Below, piece after piece: positions 1 through 7,805 of a DNA stretch of 33,036 nucleotides. How positions within the stretch are numbered: the stretch's first letter is position 1; each line of letters begins with the position of its first letter. A model generated the notes under the pieces. It was not told where the DNA came from and did not search any database. It was given only the letters and a program-made list of their open reading frames with translations. Location of the stretch: IMG/VR virus record IMGVR_UViG_3300037882_002614, positions 1 through 33,036 of that record; one strand, 5' to 3'. The DNA is from a virus. The position numbers and the translations under genes were made by a program.

Positions 1-99
1 ACTCACTAAAGCAGAAGATTTAAAAGGGTTAGTCGTTGAGCTTTCAGAAAAACTCAATTTTCAAACAACAATTAATGCGGCGTTCACGTTGCTCATTAT
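1..99. repeat. Terminal 99-bp sequence identical to 32938..33036 (circular-contig overlap)
   Basis: Read directly: bases 1-99 (actcactaaagcag...gctcattat) recur exactly as the last 99 bases of the window. Unique length is therefore 32,937 bp. Confidence 0.97.
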
Positions 100-166
100 C
101 GCGGCTTTTGGATATATGATTTGGGAGCGTTACCGCAAGCCTGATATTCAGAAAGGCGGTGCATGA
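1..166 (+). CDS. 3' end of the endolysin gene that starts at 32279 (wrap-around): linker plus C-terminal transmembrane helix
   Basis: The frame continues from 32279 through the overlap (position 1 is a third codon base). It reads LTKAEDLKGLVVELSEKLNFQTTINAAFTLLIIAAFGYMIWERYRKPDIQKGGA. Stop TGA at 164-166 overlaps the next ATG (ATGA). Confidence 0.8.
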   Translation, partial: LTKAEDLKGLVVELSEKLNFQTTINAAFTLLIIAAFGYMIWERYRKPDIQKGGA

Positions 167-345
167 TGGAAAAAATCAAAGCGTTTTTCGATGGTGCGTT
201 TGAAGCTGTTCCGCTTGCACTGACACTTGTTAAATTGGTAATTCTTGCGGGTCTCGCTTGGGGCGTGTTCATGCTTGGCTGGAAAGCTAATGACTGGCGC
301 GATAGCTTTTGCTCGTTGCTTGTTATAGGGGGAATATGCCGGTGA
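163..345 (+). CDS. Small membrane protein, holin candidate (60 aa)
   Basis: ATGA-coupled to the endolysin stop. Hydrophobic stretch AVPLALTLVKLVILAGLAWGVFMLGW plus SFCSLLVIGGIC. Sits in the lysis cassette. Confidence 0.6.
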   Translation: MMEKIKAFFDGAFEAVPLALTLVKLVILAGLAWGVFMLGWKANDWRDSFCSLLVIGGICR

Positions 346-449
346 CTTTAAGTGTTATCGATATATTAGGTTACTTTATCGTTTTTGCCATGGCTTGTGG
401 CTTCTTTGCTATATTAAAGAGGGGTGGCTCTAGCGATGGAAAAAATTAA
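342..449 (+). CDS. Possible 35-aa hydrophobic peptide (second holin/antiholin-like component?)
   Basis: GTG at 342 overlaps the TGA stop at 343-345 (GTGA). Hand translation: VTLSVIDILGYFIVFAMACGFFAILKRGGSSDGKN. Below the ORF-track size cutoff. Confidence 0.3.
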   Translation: MTLSVIDILGYFIVFAMACGFFAILKRGGSSDGKN

Positions 450-684
450 CGGCACTGTCAGCATAGGCACTCGCCAGTCTTTAGCATTTGTGCTGGCTGT
501 GACGATTGCAGGAACTTACGCTTACACAACCTTCAATAACCGCCTTGAACACGTTGAAAAACACCTTGCGCAAACAAGAGATAAAAATGAACATTTAGAG
601 CGGAGTATCAACGATATAAAGCTCGCGAATGCAAGAATTGAAGCGACGTTATCCGCCGTTTTAGAAGCAGTAAAAAAAAGATAA
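424..684 (+). CDS. N-terminally anchored coiled-coil membrane protein (i-spanin-like or lysis accessory)
   Basis: TM segment LAFVLAVTIAGTYAYTTF followed by a charged helical region (EHVEKHLAQTRDKNEHLERSINDIKLANARIEA). Start uncertain: GTG 424 or ATG 436. No lipobox-bearing partner ORF was seen. Confidence 0.5.
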   Translation: MALAMEKINGTVSIGTRQSLAFVLAVTIAGTYAYTTFNNRLEHVEKHLAQTRDKNEHLERSINDIKLANARIEATLSAVLEAVKKR

Positions 685-695
685 AGGAGTTTGAA

Positions 696-935
696 ATGCA
701 AACACAAGGTATGGTTAAAAGTCCATCTGATGGTTGGGTGTCGTTAGGAACGGGTGAAATGCACATTTCTCTTAATGCAGGTGCTTGCCTCATAAGTATT
801 GGTGTGCAGCCAACGCTTGCGCAAGCTTATGGTCATTCACTGGTTCATGTCGGCGACACATTTTCTGCCTATTCAACCGATGAAAAGTGGTTGCTCGCCC
901 GTCACGATAACAGCTTATTTACGGTGTCGAAATGA
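696..935 (+). CDS. Hypothetical 79-aa protein, coupled to the downstream fibre gene
   Basis: RBS-like aaggag 8 nt upstream of the ATG. Its stop overlaps the ATG at 932 (ATGA). Confidence 0.6.
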   Translation: MQTQGMVKSPSDGWVSLGTGEMHISLNAGACLISIGVQPTLAQAYGHSLVHVGDTFSAYSTDEKWLLARHDNSLFTVSK

Positions 936-2269
936 AACATATTTCTATTGGTTCGCCTTCTCCAAGTATATTGTCGCCAGCTCTTCAGCAAGAGCTAAGT
1001 GATGCGAACGATGTTTTAGATTTCGCAAATTTTGCGAGTTTTCCTGCCGCTGGCGATGAGGGGAGGCTTTATAAAGATTTAGAAAAGCTTGCGGTCTATT
1101 CATGGAATGCAGCCTCGGGTGTTTATGAAGAGCTAGCTAAAAAACCTCAATCAACTGATGAGTTGGAAGAAGGTGATATTAATCTTTATTTTACCGCCGC
1201 ACGCGCAGGGGCTGCTTTGTCAAGCGAATTGGCTGGGAAGCTTAATAAAAGTGGCGGGGAGCTAACGGGGGCGTTAGTTTTAAGTGGAAATGCAGAGGCT
1301 GATTTAGAGCCAGTAACATTGTTGCAAATGAATGCAGCATTAGACGGAAAGCAGGATAGTTCTGAAAAAGGCGAGGCTGGTGGCTATGCGCCCTTAAATG
1401 TGGGTGGTGTTGTCCCAAATGTTCATATCCCCACACTAGCCAAAACAACAGTGATTGTTACAGCTTCATCAAATTACACCGCGCCAGCAAATGCAAAGCG
1501 TTTAAGGGTGATTTGTCTTGGCGGCGGTGGCGGTGGCGGTTCTGGTCGAAAAGGAGCAAGTGGAAGTACACGCGGCGGCGGCGGTGGCGGCGGCGCTGGT
1601 GGTTATAGTGAATATTCGTTTGAAGTGGGGGAGTTGGTGTTCCCTATCGCAATTACAATTCCATCTGGCGGGATTGGTGGCGCTTCTGTTGTTGCCGCCT
1701 CGACAAATGGCAGCGCTGGCAGTCCTGGTGGGGTGACAAAGTTTGGCGATTATTTGCAAGCCTTTGGTGGTCTCGGTGGACCAGGCGGCAGCGCGGGGGC
1801 TGCTAGCGGTGGCGTTGGCGGGGTTGGTGCGGTTGGTGTCTCAAATAATGGGGCAGCATCATCGCTCTCTGCAGGTGCTGTCGCAATCGTTAACGCAGGC
1901 AATGCTTGCGGGGCTGGCGGCAGTGGTGGGGCGCTAACATCTGCCAACGTTGCGAATTCGGGTGGGGCTGGCTCACCAGGGGCAAGAACTTTGCCTCAAT
2001 TTTTAACGCTTGGCGGCGCTGGCGGTGCTGTTGCTTTGGCTGGGCAAAATGGCGCAACGAGTTCTAGGTATGGCGGCGGTGGTGGAGGCGGTGGCTCTGG
2101 AAGTGCAGCAGCAGGTATAGGCGCGGCGGGGGGCAACGGCGGTCGCGGTGCTGGCGGCGGCGGTGGTGGAGGCGGTGGCGTCGATGTGTTGCTAGCCCCG
2201 CAGGGCGGCAATAGCGGCGCAGGTGGCGATGGCGGCGCGGGTGTCGTTATTATTGAGTGCTATTCGTAG
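932..2269 (+). CDS. Tail-fibre-like protein with a large glycine-rich C-terminal domain (445 aa)
   Basis: N-terminal fibre-type motifs DELEEGDINLYFTAARA and KSGGELTGALVLSGNAEADLEPVTLLQMNAALDGK. Then KRLRVICLGGGGGGGSG and repeated poly-Gly/Ala tracts run to the C-terminus. Confidence 0.7.
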   Translation: MKHISIGSPSPSILSPALQQELSDANDVLDFANFASFPAAGDEGRLYKDLEKLAVYSWNAASGVYEELAKKPQSTDELEEGDINLYFTAARAGAALSSELAGKLNKSGGELTGALVLSGNAEADLEPVTLLQMNAALDGKQDSSEKGEAGGYAPLNVGGVVPNVHIPTLAKTTVIVTASSNYTAPANAKRLRVICLGGGGGGGSGRKGASGSTRGGGGGGGAGGYSEYSFEVGELVFPIAITIPSGGIGGASVVAASTNGSAGSPGGVTKFGDYLQAFGGLGGPGGSAGAASGGVGGVGAVGVSNNGAASSLSAGAVAIVNAGNACGAGGSGGALTSANVANSGGAGSPGARTLPQFLTLGGAGGAVALAGQNGATSSRYGGGGGGGGSGSAAAGIGAAGGNGGRGAGGGGGGGGGVDVLLAPQGGNSGAGGDGGAGVVIIECYS

Positions 2270-2324
2270 TTTGCGCCTGTGCGCATATTCAAATTAACTA
2301 AACTTAACCTAAGGAGATGGCATT

Positions 2325-2618
2325 ATGCCTCAAGCAATCAAGAAAAAAAATGAAGTCGCTGAAGCGCAGGACCTGGCTTATAAAGTGTTAGACGCGTTGG
2401 AAAATTTAAAATCAAATATGCAAAAATTTGATGAAGGTGATTATAATTTCCAAGCGGGAACTGACCCTAATCAATGGGTTAATAAAGAGGCTGCAGACCG
2501 TGGCTTTGGCGATGTTGCTGATATGGATACGAAATTTAATGCAATGAAATCATTTATGTTAAACTTTGATTTTACTACGCTAGTTCCGCTACGCGCTTGT
2601 GCTAAGCCTTTAGTTTAG
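2325..2618 (+). CDS. Hypothetical 97-aa protein
   Basis: Strong RBS (taaggagatggcattATG). Stand-alone ORF after the fibre gene. No recognisable motif. Confidence 0.6.
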   Translation: MPQAIKKKNEVAEAQDLAYKVLDALENLKSNMQKFDEGDYNFQAGTDPNQWVNKEAADRGFGDVADMDTKFNAMKSFMLNFDFTTLVPLRACAKPLV

Positions 2619-2619
2619 T

Positions 2620-2666
2620 GTGCGACTTATTATTGTTTGTCGTCGCACGAGGCTACTTCGTGCGAC
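2620..2666. terminator. Alternative hairpins between convergent genes (putative bidirectional terminator)
   Basis: gtgcgac (2620-2626), gtcgcac (2642-2648) and tcgtgcgac (2658-2666). The middle element can pair with either flank; the 9-bp stem is gtcgcacga/tcgtgcgac. The flanks are not strongly T-rich. Confidence 0.4.
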
Positions 2667-2692
2667 GATGCGCTTAACTAAAAATACAGTTA

Positions 2693-3088
2693 TCATGTTG
2701 TTATATATATAAAAAAATATGATGAATTGAACATAATCATATCGCCATCAAGCCAGCCTGTCATTTTAAGCTTATCGTTATTGATTTGCTTGAAAAAGTT
2801 AAATTCATTCATTTCAACCCCTTCAACTGGAAGGCAATCTATAACATCTTCAAATTTTTTTTCCTTTTCTTTATCGGGAATTAAAATATCAAAACTATTA
2901 TAAGGGAAGGCTGGCTTGAGTTTTTCAATGCTTTTAAATGTCGGCATAGACTTCGATGTAAGGTCAAGCCATTTGTAAATTGTGCTGGCTGCCAGCCCTG
3001 TTTTTTTCTCTATATCAACGGGGCTTAGCCCATTGCGCTGCATTAATGTTTCAAGCCAAAGCTTAAATTCTTCTTTTTTCAAAAACAT
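2693..3088 (-). CDS. HTH repressor-like protein (CI-like, 131 aa) in an AT-rich island
   Basis: N-terminal HTH-like segment NGLSPVDIEKKTGLAASTIYKWL. Divergent from a Cro-like gene. The C-terminus (LKMTGWLDGDMIMF) resembles only the start of an S24 peptidase domain and then stops. Confidence 0.6.
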   Translation of the reverse strand: MFLKKEEFKLWLETLMQRNGLSPVDIEKKTGLAASTIYKWLDLTSKSMPTFKSIEKLKPAFPYNSFDILIPDKEKEKKFEDVIDCLPVEGVEMNEFNFFKQINNDKLKMTGWLDGDMIMFNSSYFFIYITT

Positions 3089-3238
3089 TTTATGTTTCCT
3101 TTCTATAAAAACGCTAGTCGCATCATTATAAAAAAGACTAAATTTTTTTGCATTTTTTATAAAATATAATTTGACATTATGTTTTTTTATATTTATTATA
3201 AAAAAATAGATAATTTATTAGCTAAAAAGAGAATTAAA
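3089..3238. promoter_or_regulatory. Divergent promoter/operator region of the immunity switch
   Basis: TTGACA (3171-3176), 17-nt spacer, TATTAT (3194-3199) on the + strand. TATAAT-like element on the - strand. The 10-mer TTATAAAAAA occurs at 3126-3135 and 3196-3205, and inverted at 3153-3162. Confidence 0.5.
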
Positions 3239-3490
3239 ATGTCAACTAACTCTTATCATCAGAAATTTTTAGAACTGTTTGAGCGTGCGCAAATTTTAAA
3301 TTTGCGTGTTTGCGATGTGGCTAGCGCAACCGGGGTAACAAATAGCGATATTCGTCATTTTAAGGCTTTCGTCCCAAAACAAGACAAGCGTCAAGTCAAC
3401 CTTGTTTCGGTTGTTGAAAAATTAGAGCCTTTCATCGTTGCTGAAGAAAATCGCATTTTAAGCACGTTTAAATCTCGGGGGCTGGTATGA
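3239..3490 (+). CDS. Small Cro/CII-like regulator (83 aa)
   Basis: First gene of the rightward operon. HTH-like LRVCDVASATGVTNSDIRHF. The internal ATG at 3239 is preferred over the track start at 3179, which lies inside the promoter. Confidence 0.55.
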   Translation: MSTNSYHQKFLELFERAQILNLRVCDVASATGVTNSDIRHFKAFVPKQDKRQVNLVSVVEKLEPFIVAEENRILSTFKSRGLV

Positions 3491-3885
3491 AAAGTAATGT
3501 CGTTCGTTTAAGCGATTATCAGCCTGCTGCAAATTTAGCAGACGCTAAATGCCGAGCTAATTTGCCTGCTCATTTTGATATTGCGATTTATAAAGGGCTA
3601 GAACGGCTCGTTTTAAAAGTGATGGATGTAAACCCGCTTGTTTATGAGACAACGCAAAAAAAGAATACTGAGCTGATGCGTGTGCGTCCTATCGTTCAAT
3701 ATGCTTTGATTACCTATTATGATTTTACCAATGCACGCATTGCCAAAATATTGAATATTTCGGCGGCTGCTGTGACGCAGGCTGTTGAAAAAGTAGCCGA
3801 TAAGCGCGACGATAGGCATGAGAGCCTTACTAAAATGCACGTTCAAGCTTTAGAGCGGGAAATATTCGGGAGGGTGTTCGCATGA
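3487..3885 (+). CDS. HTH DNA-binding protein resembling DnaA domain IV (possible origin-binding/initiator accessory)
   Basis: MRVRPIVQYALITYYDFTNARIAKILNISAAAVTQAVEKVADKRDD follows the pattern of the DnaA C-terminal HTH. ATGA-coupled on both sides. Confidence 0.45.
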   Translation: MKSNVVRLSDYQPAANLADAKCRANLPAHFDIAIYKGLERLVLKVMDVNPLVYETTQKKNTELMRVRPIVQYALITYYDFTNARIAKILNISAAAVTQAVEKVADKRDDRHESLTKMHVQALEREIFGRVFA

Positions 3886-4973
3886 CTTATAGCATTCATG
3901 ATATTAAATCCATGTTACTTGCCGATATTGAAGGGGTTGCTCAAACCTTAGCACCGCGTGGAAAAAAGATGGGTGGCTGGTATAAAGCACCTAACCCAAC
4001 ACGCGCTGGCGAAAAATCAGCAACGTCCTTTTCTATTAAGGTTAGTGGCGATAAAATTGGCAGCTGGAATGAGTTTGACAGTGGCGAAAAAGGCGATGTG
4101 TTTATGCTCATTGGCTATGTTTATAATTTAGACCATAGAAACCCTAAAGATATGGTGCAAATATTGGCGTGGGCTAAAAATTATTTGGGGCTTTCGCATG
4201 ACAAGCCAACCGCTTTACAGGTTAAGCAAAAAAAGCAAGAGCTTACGGCGCAACAGGCGGCGCGAAATAAAGATGAAGAAAAAGACCGTTTAAAACGGCG
4301 TGACCGCGCCCGTGAAATTTATTTCAATGCCAAGCCAAAAGGTGACGTTGCATGGGTTCTTGTTGAAACATATTTTCTCAACCGTGGCATAAATTACAGA
4401 AAAATAGAATACCCTGAAGATGATTTGCGGATTGCTCCACGGTTAAGACATTGGGCAAGTGATGAAAAGCGCTCGGTTCCTGCGATTGTTGCTCCTATTC
4501 GTCAAGCGAATGGCGAATATCACGGGGTTCATTGCACATTTTTAGAGCCTAATGGTGCAAGCAAGCTTAAAGTTTCAATGCCAAAGCTCATGCTTGGCGA
4601 GAAAAAAGGCGGGGTTGTTCGGCTTTCCAAAGGTGCGACAGGTTTGACGATTGAAGAATTGGCGGAGCAAGGGCTGCAAGACAAAGTAGTTTTGTGCGAA
4701 GGGCTGGAAACAGGGCTTTCGCTTGCTTTCGCCTTGCCTGAAGCGCGTGTTTTTGCCTGTTTAGATTTAGGTAATATTGGCAATTTTAGCCTGTTTGATT
4801 ACCCCATGATAAATGGCATTATTGTTGCCATTGATAAAGATACGAAAGAACATGCGATAAAGCAGCGTGAGGTTGTTTTAGAGGTGCTTCGGCAACAATG
4901 TGAGCTTTGTAATGCGAGCTTTGCCGTTTTGCAGCCGCAACTTGGTGATTTCAACGATGATTTGAGGGCGTGA
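3882..4973 (+). CDS. Toprim-domain primase-like protein (363 aa)
   Basis: C-terminal Toprim signature VVLCEGLETGLS ... IIVAIDKD. The N-terminus has the layout of a CHC2 primase zinc finger (SFSIKVSGDKIGSWNEFDSGEKGDVFMLIGYV) but lacks the Cys/His ligands. Confidence 0.7.
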   Translation: MTYSIHDIKSMLLADIEGVAQTLAPRGKKMGGWYKAPNPTRAGEKSATSFSIKVSGDKIGSWNEFDSGEKGDVFMLIGYVYNLDHRNPKDMVQILAWAKNYLGLSHDKPTALQVKQKKQELTAQQAARNKDEEKDRLKRRDRAREIYFNAKPKGDVAWVLVETYFLNRGINYRKIEYPEDDLRIAPRLRHWASDEKRSVPAIVAPIRQANGEYHGVHCTFLEPNGASKLKVSMPKLMLGEKKGGVVRLSKGATGLTIEELAEQGLQDKVVLCEGLETGLSLAFALPEARVFACLDLGNIGNFSLFDYPMINGIIVAIDKDTKEHAIKQREVVLEVLRQQCELCNASFAVLQPQLGDFNDDLRA

Positions 4974-5299
4974 TGATGGAAAATAAAGATATTATTGCCA
5001 CTGCGCAAGTTCTTGTTGATTTTGAATTTGGCTATTCAATCATTTTTGCGGTTGAGGCGCGATGCGTCGCAACAACGAAGAGCTGCGAGGGGCGTGAGCG
5101 TTTTTCAGAATTCTTAATATTTGCTTGCACGGGGAATTCACGCATTTATGCGATTTGGGATTTGGCAAAAAAAATGAAATTTGTTAGCAACCCTGCTTCT
5201 TACAACCAACTCTCAAATTTTGAGAAGCAGGCTTTTTTTGTTTTTGTTGAGCTTATACGCGCTACTTATAAATCAACCATTCTCTATCCTGAAAGATAA
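4970..5299 (+). CDS. Hypothetical 109-aa protein
   Basis: ATGA-coupled to the primase-like gene. No motif recognised. Confidence 0.5.
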   Translation: MMMENKDIIATAQVLVDFEFGYSIIFAVEARCVATTKSCEGRERFSEFLIFACTGNSRIYAIWDLAKKMKFVSNPASYNQLSNFEKQAFFVFVELIRATYKSTILYPER

Positions 5300-5303
5300 A
5301 CTC

Positions 5304-7157
5304 ATGGCACGCGGTGTTAACTCTATACGCGCGGCATGGCTTGACGTGCAAGAGGTTGTTGTTGCCGAAACACGGTTAAGCGACCCCGCACCTGGCGAAA
5401 AGCGTGATGGCATTGCAGCGGGTAAATGGCGCGACGATAAGTCTTTAGTTATTCTGCCTAAAAACTGCCCCGTCACCCCTTTAGGCATTAAGGGTGATGT
5501 CTGTTATTTAGTTGATACTTTGGGGCAAATCCAAGAGGTCAAATCCAGTGAGTGGAAAAATAAGCTCAAAATTCTGTTTGCTTTAACCCCTAATTTTCTA
5601 GGCTGGGCTTTCCCGCGCTTTTCTGAAAAGCATGTCGTTAAAATAGATGGTGAAACCTTCCCCGCCATAAACGGCGTTCAGAATGATGAGGCAACACAGG
5701 CACTTATTCAAGCCTGTGGTATGCGTGGATTGTTCGAGCTTCAAGACCGCGTTCGCGGGCGTGGTGCTTGGAAAGATAAAAGCGGGGGTTTTTTATGGCA
5801 TTCGGGCAAGCTGATTTATCGGCTTGAAAAAGGTAAAATGCAAGGAGCGTTGCCTTCTGAATATGATGGGATATTTTATCAGGCGATGCCTTCGGTTATC
5901 GCCCCCTATCAAACTGACGTTGATTATGATGATAGCCCTGCCAAAGATTTGCTTGCCTTGTTTAAAACGTGGAATTGGCAAAAACCTGCTTTAGACCCTG
6001 TTCTTGTGCTAGGCTGGATGGTCTGTAGCCTCATGGGCGCTTCGCTGGCTTGGCGTCCGCATCTTTTCATTACAGGTGACAAAGGAACGGGTAAATCAAC
6101 CCTGCAAGATGTGATAAAAAAGGTTTTGTCAAATACGTTGCTGCGTTCTGAAAATACAACGCCTGCAGGGCTATATCAGGTCATTCGGCAAGATTGCCTC
6201 GGGGTCGCTTTAGACGAATTTGAGGGTGAAGTTGATAACCGCAAGGCGCAAGGCGTGATTAATTTGGCGCGTGTTGCCGCTTCAGGCGGAACAATGAATA
6301 GAGGGGGTGCTGACCACAAAGGAACGGAATTTACGTTGCGGAGTGCGTTTATATTTTCAGCGATTAACCCGCCACCCCTTGCGCCCCAAGATAAAAGCCG
6401 CATGGCAATTCTCAACCTTGGTAAGCTTGGCAAGGTGAAGAAAAGCACTATTGCGATTAATGAAGATACGGCGGGGCGAATGCTCATTCGGCAAATCATG
6501 CAGCATTATGACGATTGGCAACGGCTGCTTGATATGTGGAAAGACGCCTTGCGTGATGCTAATATGGATGAACGCGGGTGCGACACTTACGGCACGTTGA
6601 TTGCCGCCGCGCATCTCGTTTTAGGTGACGAGCATATGGCTAATTCTGATGTCTATTCAGGCGAATTGCTTCATGATGCTCAAATTATTGCCGCTCTAAC
6701 AGCGGAAGAGCGGGCGGAAGCTGGCGAAAATTGGCGGCGGTGCATCAATCGGTTGTTAACAATCACAATTCACCAATTCAAAGCAGGCAATGCGCCAACG
6801 GTTGGCAAAATTTTAGAAGATTTCAAGCTAAAAGACCTTGACCTCAAACATGCGAGAGAACGGCTAAACCTCATTGGTTTAACGATAAAAGTTGACACGG
6901 CAACGCGGCGTGAAATGCTGTTTATCCCTAACGCTTCGCCGCATCTCGACAATGGTTTTCGTGACACCGTCTGGAATACTGGCGGCTGGGTCAATGCTTT
7001 GAAGCAAGCACCAAGCACAATTATTATTAAAGATAGAGGCAATGGTCAAAACATGATGGTTAATTCAAACTCGGTTCGTGGGTTGTTTCTTGACCTGTTT
7101 GAATTTGACAAGCTGACAGGCGAAGAAACAAAGGAGGCGGGTGACGATGAGCTTTAA
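5304..7157 (+). CDS. P-loop NTPase, SF3/D5- or VirE/DUF927-type replicative helicase-like (617 aa)
   Basis: Walker A ITGDKGTGKST and Walker B-like GVALDEFEGE. Start moved to ATG 5304 (MARGVNS...) because the track start at 5181 overlaps the upstream ORF. Confidence 0.7.
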   Translation: MARGVNSIRAAWLDVQEVVVAETRLSDPAPGEKRDGIAAGKWRDDKSLVILPKNCPVTPLGIKGDVCYLVDTLGQIQEVKSSEWKNKLKILFALTPNFLGWAFPRFSEKHVVKIDGETFPAINGVQNDEATQALIQACGMRGLFELQDRVRGRGAWKDKSGGFLWHSGKLIYRLEKGKMQGALPSEYDGIFYQAMPSVIAPYQTDVDYDDSPAKDLLALFKTWNWQKPALDPVLVLGWMVCSLMGASLAWRPHLFITGDKGTGKSTLQDVIKKVLSNTLLRSENTTPAGLYQVIRQDCLGVALDEFEGEVDNRKAQGVINLARVAASGGTMNRGGADHKGTEFTLRSAFIFSAINPPPLAPQDKSRMAILNLGKLGKVKKSTIAINEDTAGRMLIRQIMQHYDDWQRLLDMWKDALRDANMDERGCDTYGTLIAAAHLVLGDEHMANSDVYSGELLHDAQIIAALTAEERAEAGENWRRCINRLLTITIHQFKAGNAPTVGKILEDFKLKDLDLKHARERLNLIGLTIKVDTATRREMLFIPNASPHLDNGFRDTVWNTGGWVNALKQAPSTIIIKDRGNGQNMMVNSNSVRGLFLDLFEFDKLTGEETKEAGDDEL

Positions 7158-7470
7158 ACAAAACCCTAAGCGTTATTCGATTGAAATGTGCCGTGAGCAG
7201 TTAAAATCCGTTTTGGCTGAAAAAACAAAATTGCGCCAGCATAGCGCGGTTGATTGCCAAGTGGCAGGGCTGGCGCAAAGCATTAGAATATTCGATTTTT
7301 TAAGCCAGCATAGCAAGGCGTTTAAAGAATATGCAGGCATTATCGACGCCTCGCAAGAAAAGAAACGCGATAGGCTGAACCTCACTGTTCACCCGCCGCG
7401 CTCATCGAAAAAATTGAATGCCAAGTCACCCTTGCCTGAGGAGAAGAACAATGAACCACAAAACCCGTGA
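7147..7470 (+). CDS. Hypothetical protein (107 aa)
   Basis: AAGGAGG at 7131-7137 lies 9 nt before ATG 7147. Basic, low-complexity C-terminus. Confidence 0.55.
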   Translation: MSFKQNPKRYSIEMCREQLKSVLAEKTKLRQHSAVDCQVAGLAQSIRIFDFLSQHSKAFKEYAGIIDASQEKKRDRLNLTVHPPRSSKKLNAKSPLPEEKNNEPQNP

Positions 7471-7627
7471 TGAATTTATCGCCATGAGGAAGCGAATTAA
7501 AGAGCTTGAGGAAGAAAATAGCTTACTCCGCGCTGCAAATGACTTTCTGAGACGAAACAAATCTAGGGCGTTATCAGTTTTAGCATTAACCTATGTAAAA
7601 AATAACTTAGAGAAAGAAAAAATATGA
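7451..7627 (+). CDS. Small coiled-coil protein (58 aa)
   Basis: GAGGAG (7438-7443) lies 7 nt before ATG 7451. Heptad-like RKRIKELEEENSLLRAANDFLRR. Confidence 0.5.
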   Translation: MNHKTRDEFIAMRKRIKELEEENSLLRAANDFLRRNKSRALSVLALTYVKNNLEKEKI

Positions 7628-7770
7628 GTGAAATTATGACAAAAACAATGACGCACGCCGTTATCGACGGCAATAGACGCCATGAAATTCATTTGAAATA
7701 TTTGAATTTGATTGCTAACCTGCCCCTTAAACAGCGGCTTTTAACAACTGTTGCTTGGGTGAGGTTTTGA
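7624..7770 (+). CDS. Possible 48-aa protein
   Basis: ATGA overlap with the preceding stop. Hand translation: MSEIMTKTMTHAVIDGNRRHEIHLKYLNLIANLPLKQRLLTTVAWVRF. Confidence 0.35.
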   Translation: MSEIMTKTMTHAVIDGNRRHEIHLKYLNLIANLPLKQRLLTTVAWVRF

Positions 7771-7805
7771 GATGAGGGTGGGGCATGATAAGAAGGGTGG
7801 GTTTT

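Noticed and set aside
1-99. The 99-bp duplication as a true T7-style direct terminal repeat
   Set aside because: It lies in the middle of an open reading frame that reads through the junction, and it is short. An assembly overlap on a circular map is the simpler explanation, pending read-terminus analysis.
1502-2211. Several 64-85-aa ORFs in other frames and on the opposite strand of the glycine-rich gene (Pro-rich 1996..2211 and 1750..1947 on the - strand; Ala/Val-rich 1518..1736 and 1743..1937 on the + strand)
   Set aside because: These are by-products of GGN/GCN repeat coding. The complement of Gly codons reads Pro/Ala and contains no stops. They have no RBS and no independent support.
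5181-5303. Upstream extension of the helicase ORF (track start at 5181)
   Set aside because: It overlaps the 3' part of the 4970..5299 ORF in another frame and encodes low-complexity Leu/Ser text. ATG 5304, directly after that ORF's stop, is the more plausible start.
7776-7801. G-tract cluster GGG-t-GGGG-N11-GGG-t-GGG beside the tRNA 3' end
   Set aside because: The 11-nt central loop exceeds the strict G4 definition. The tracts lie on the strand opposite the tRNA and no obvious target gene is nearby. It could be chance, so I kept it only as a note.
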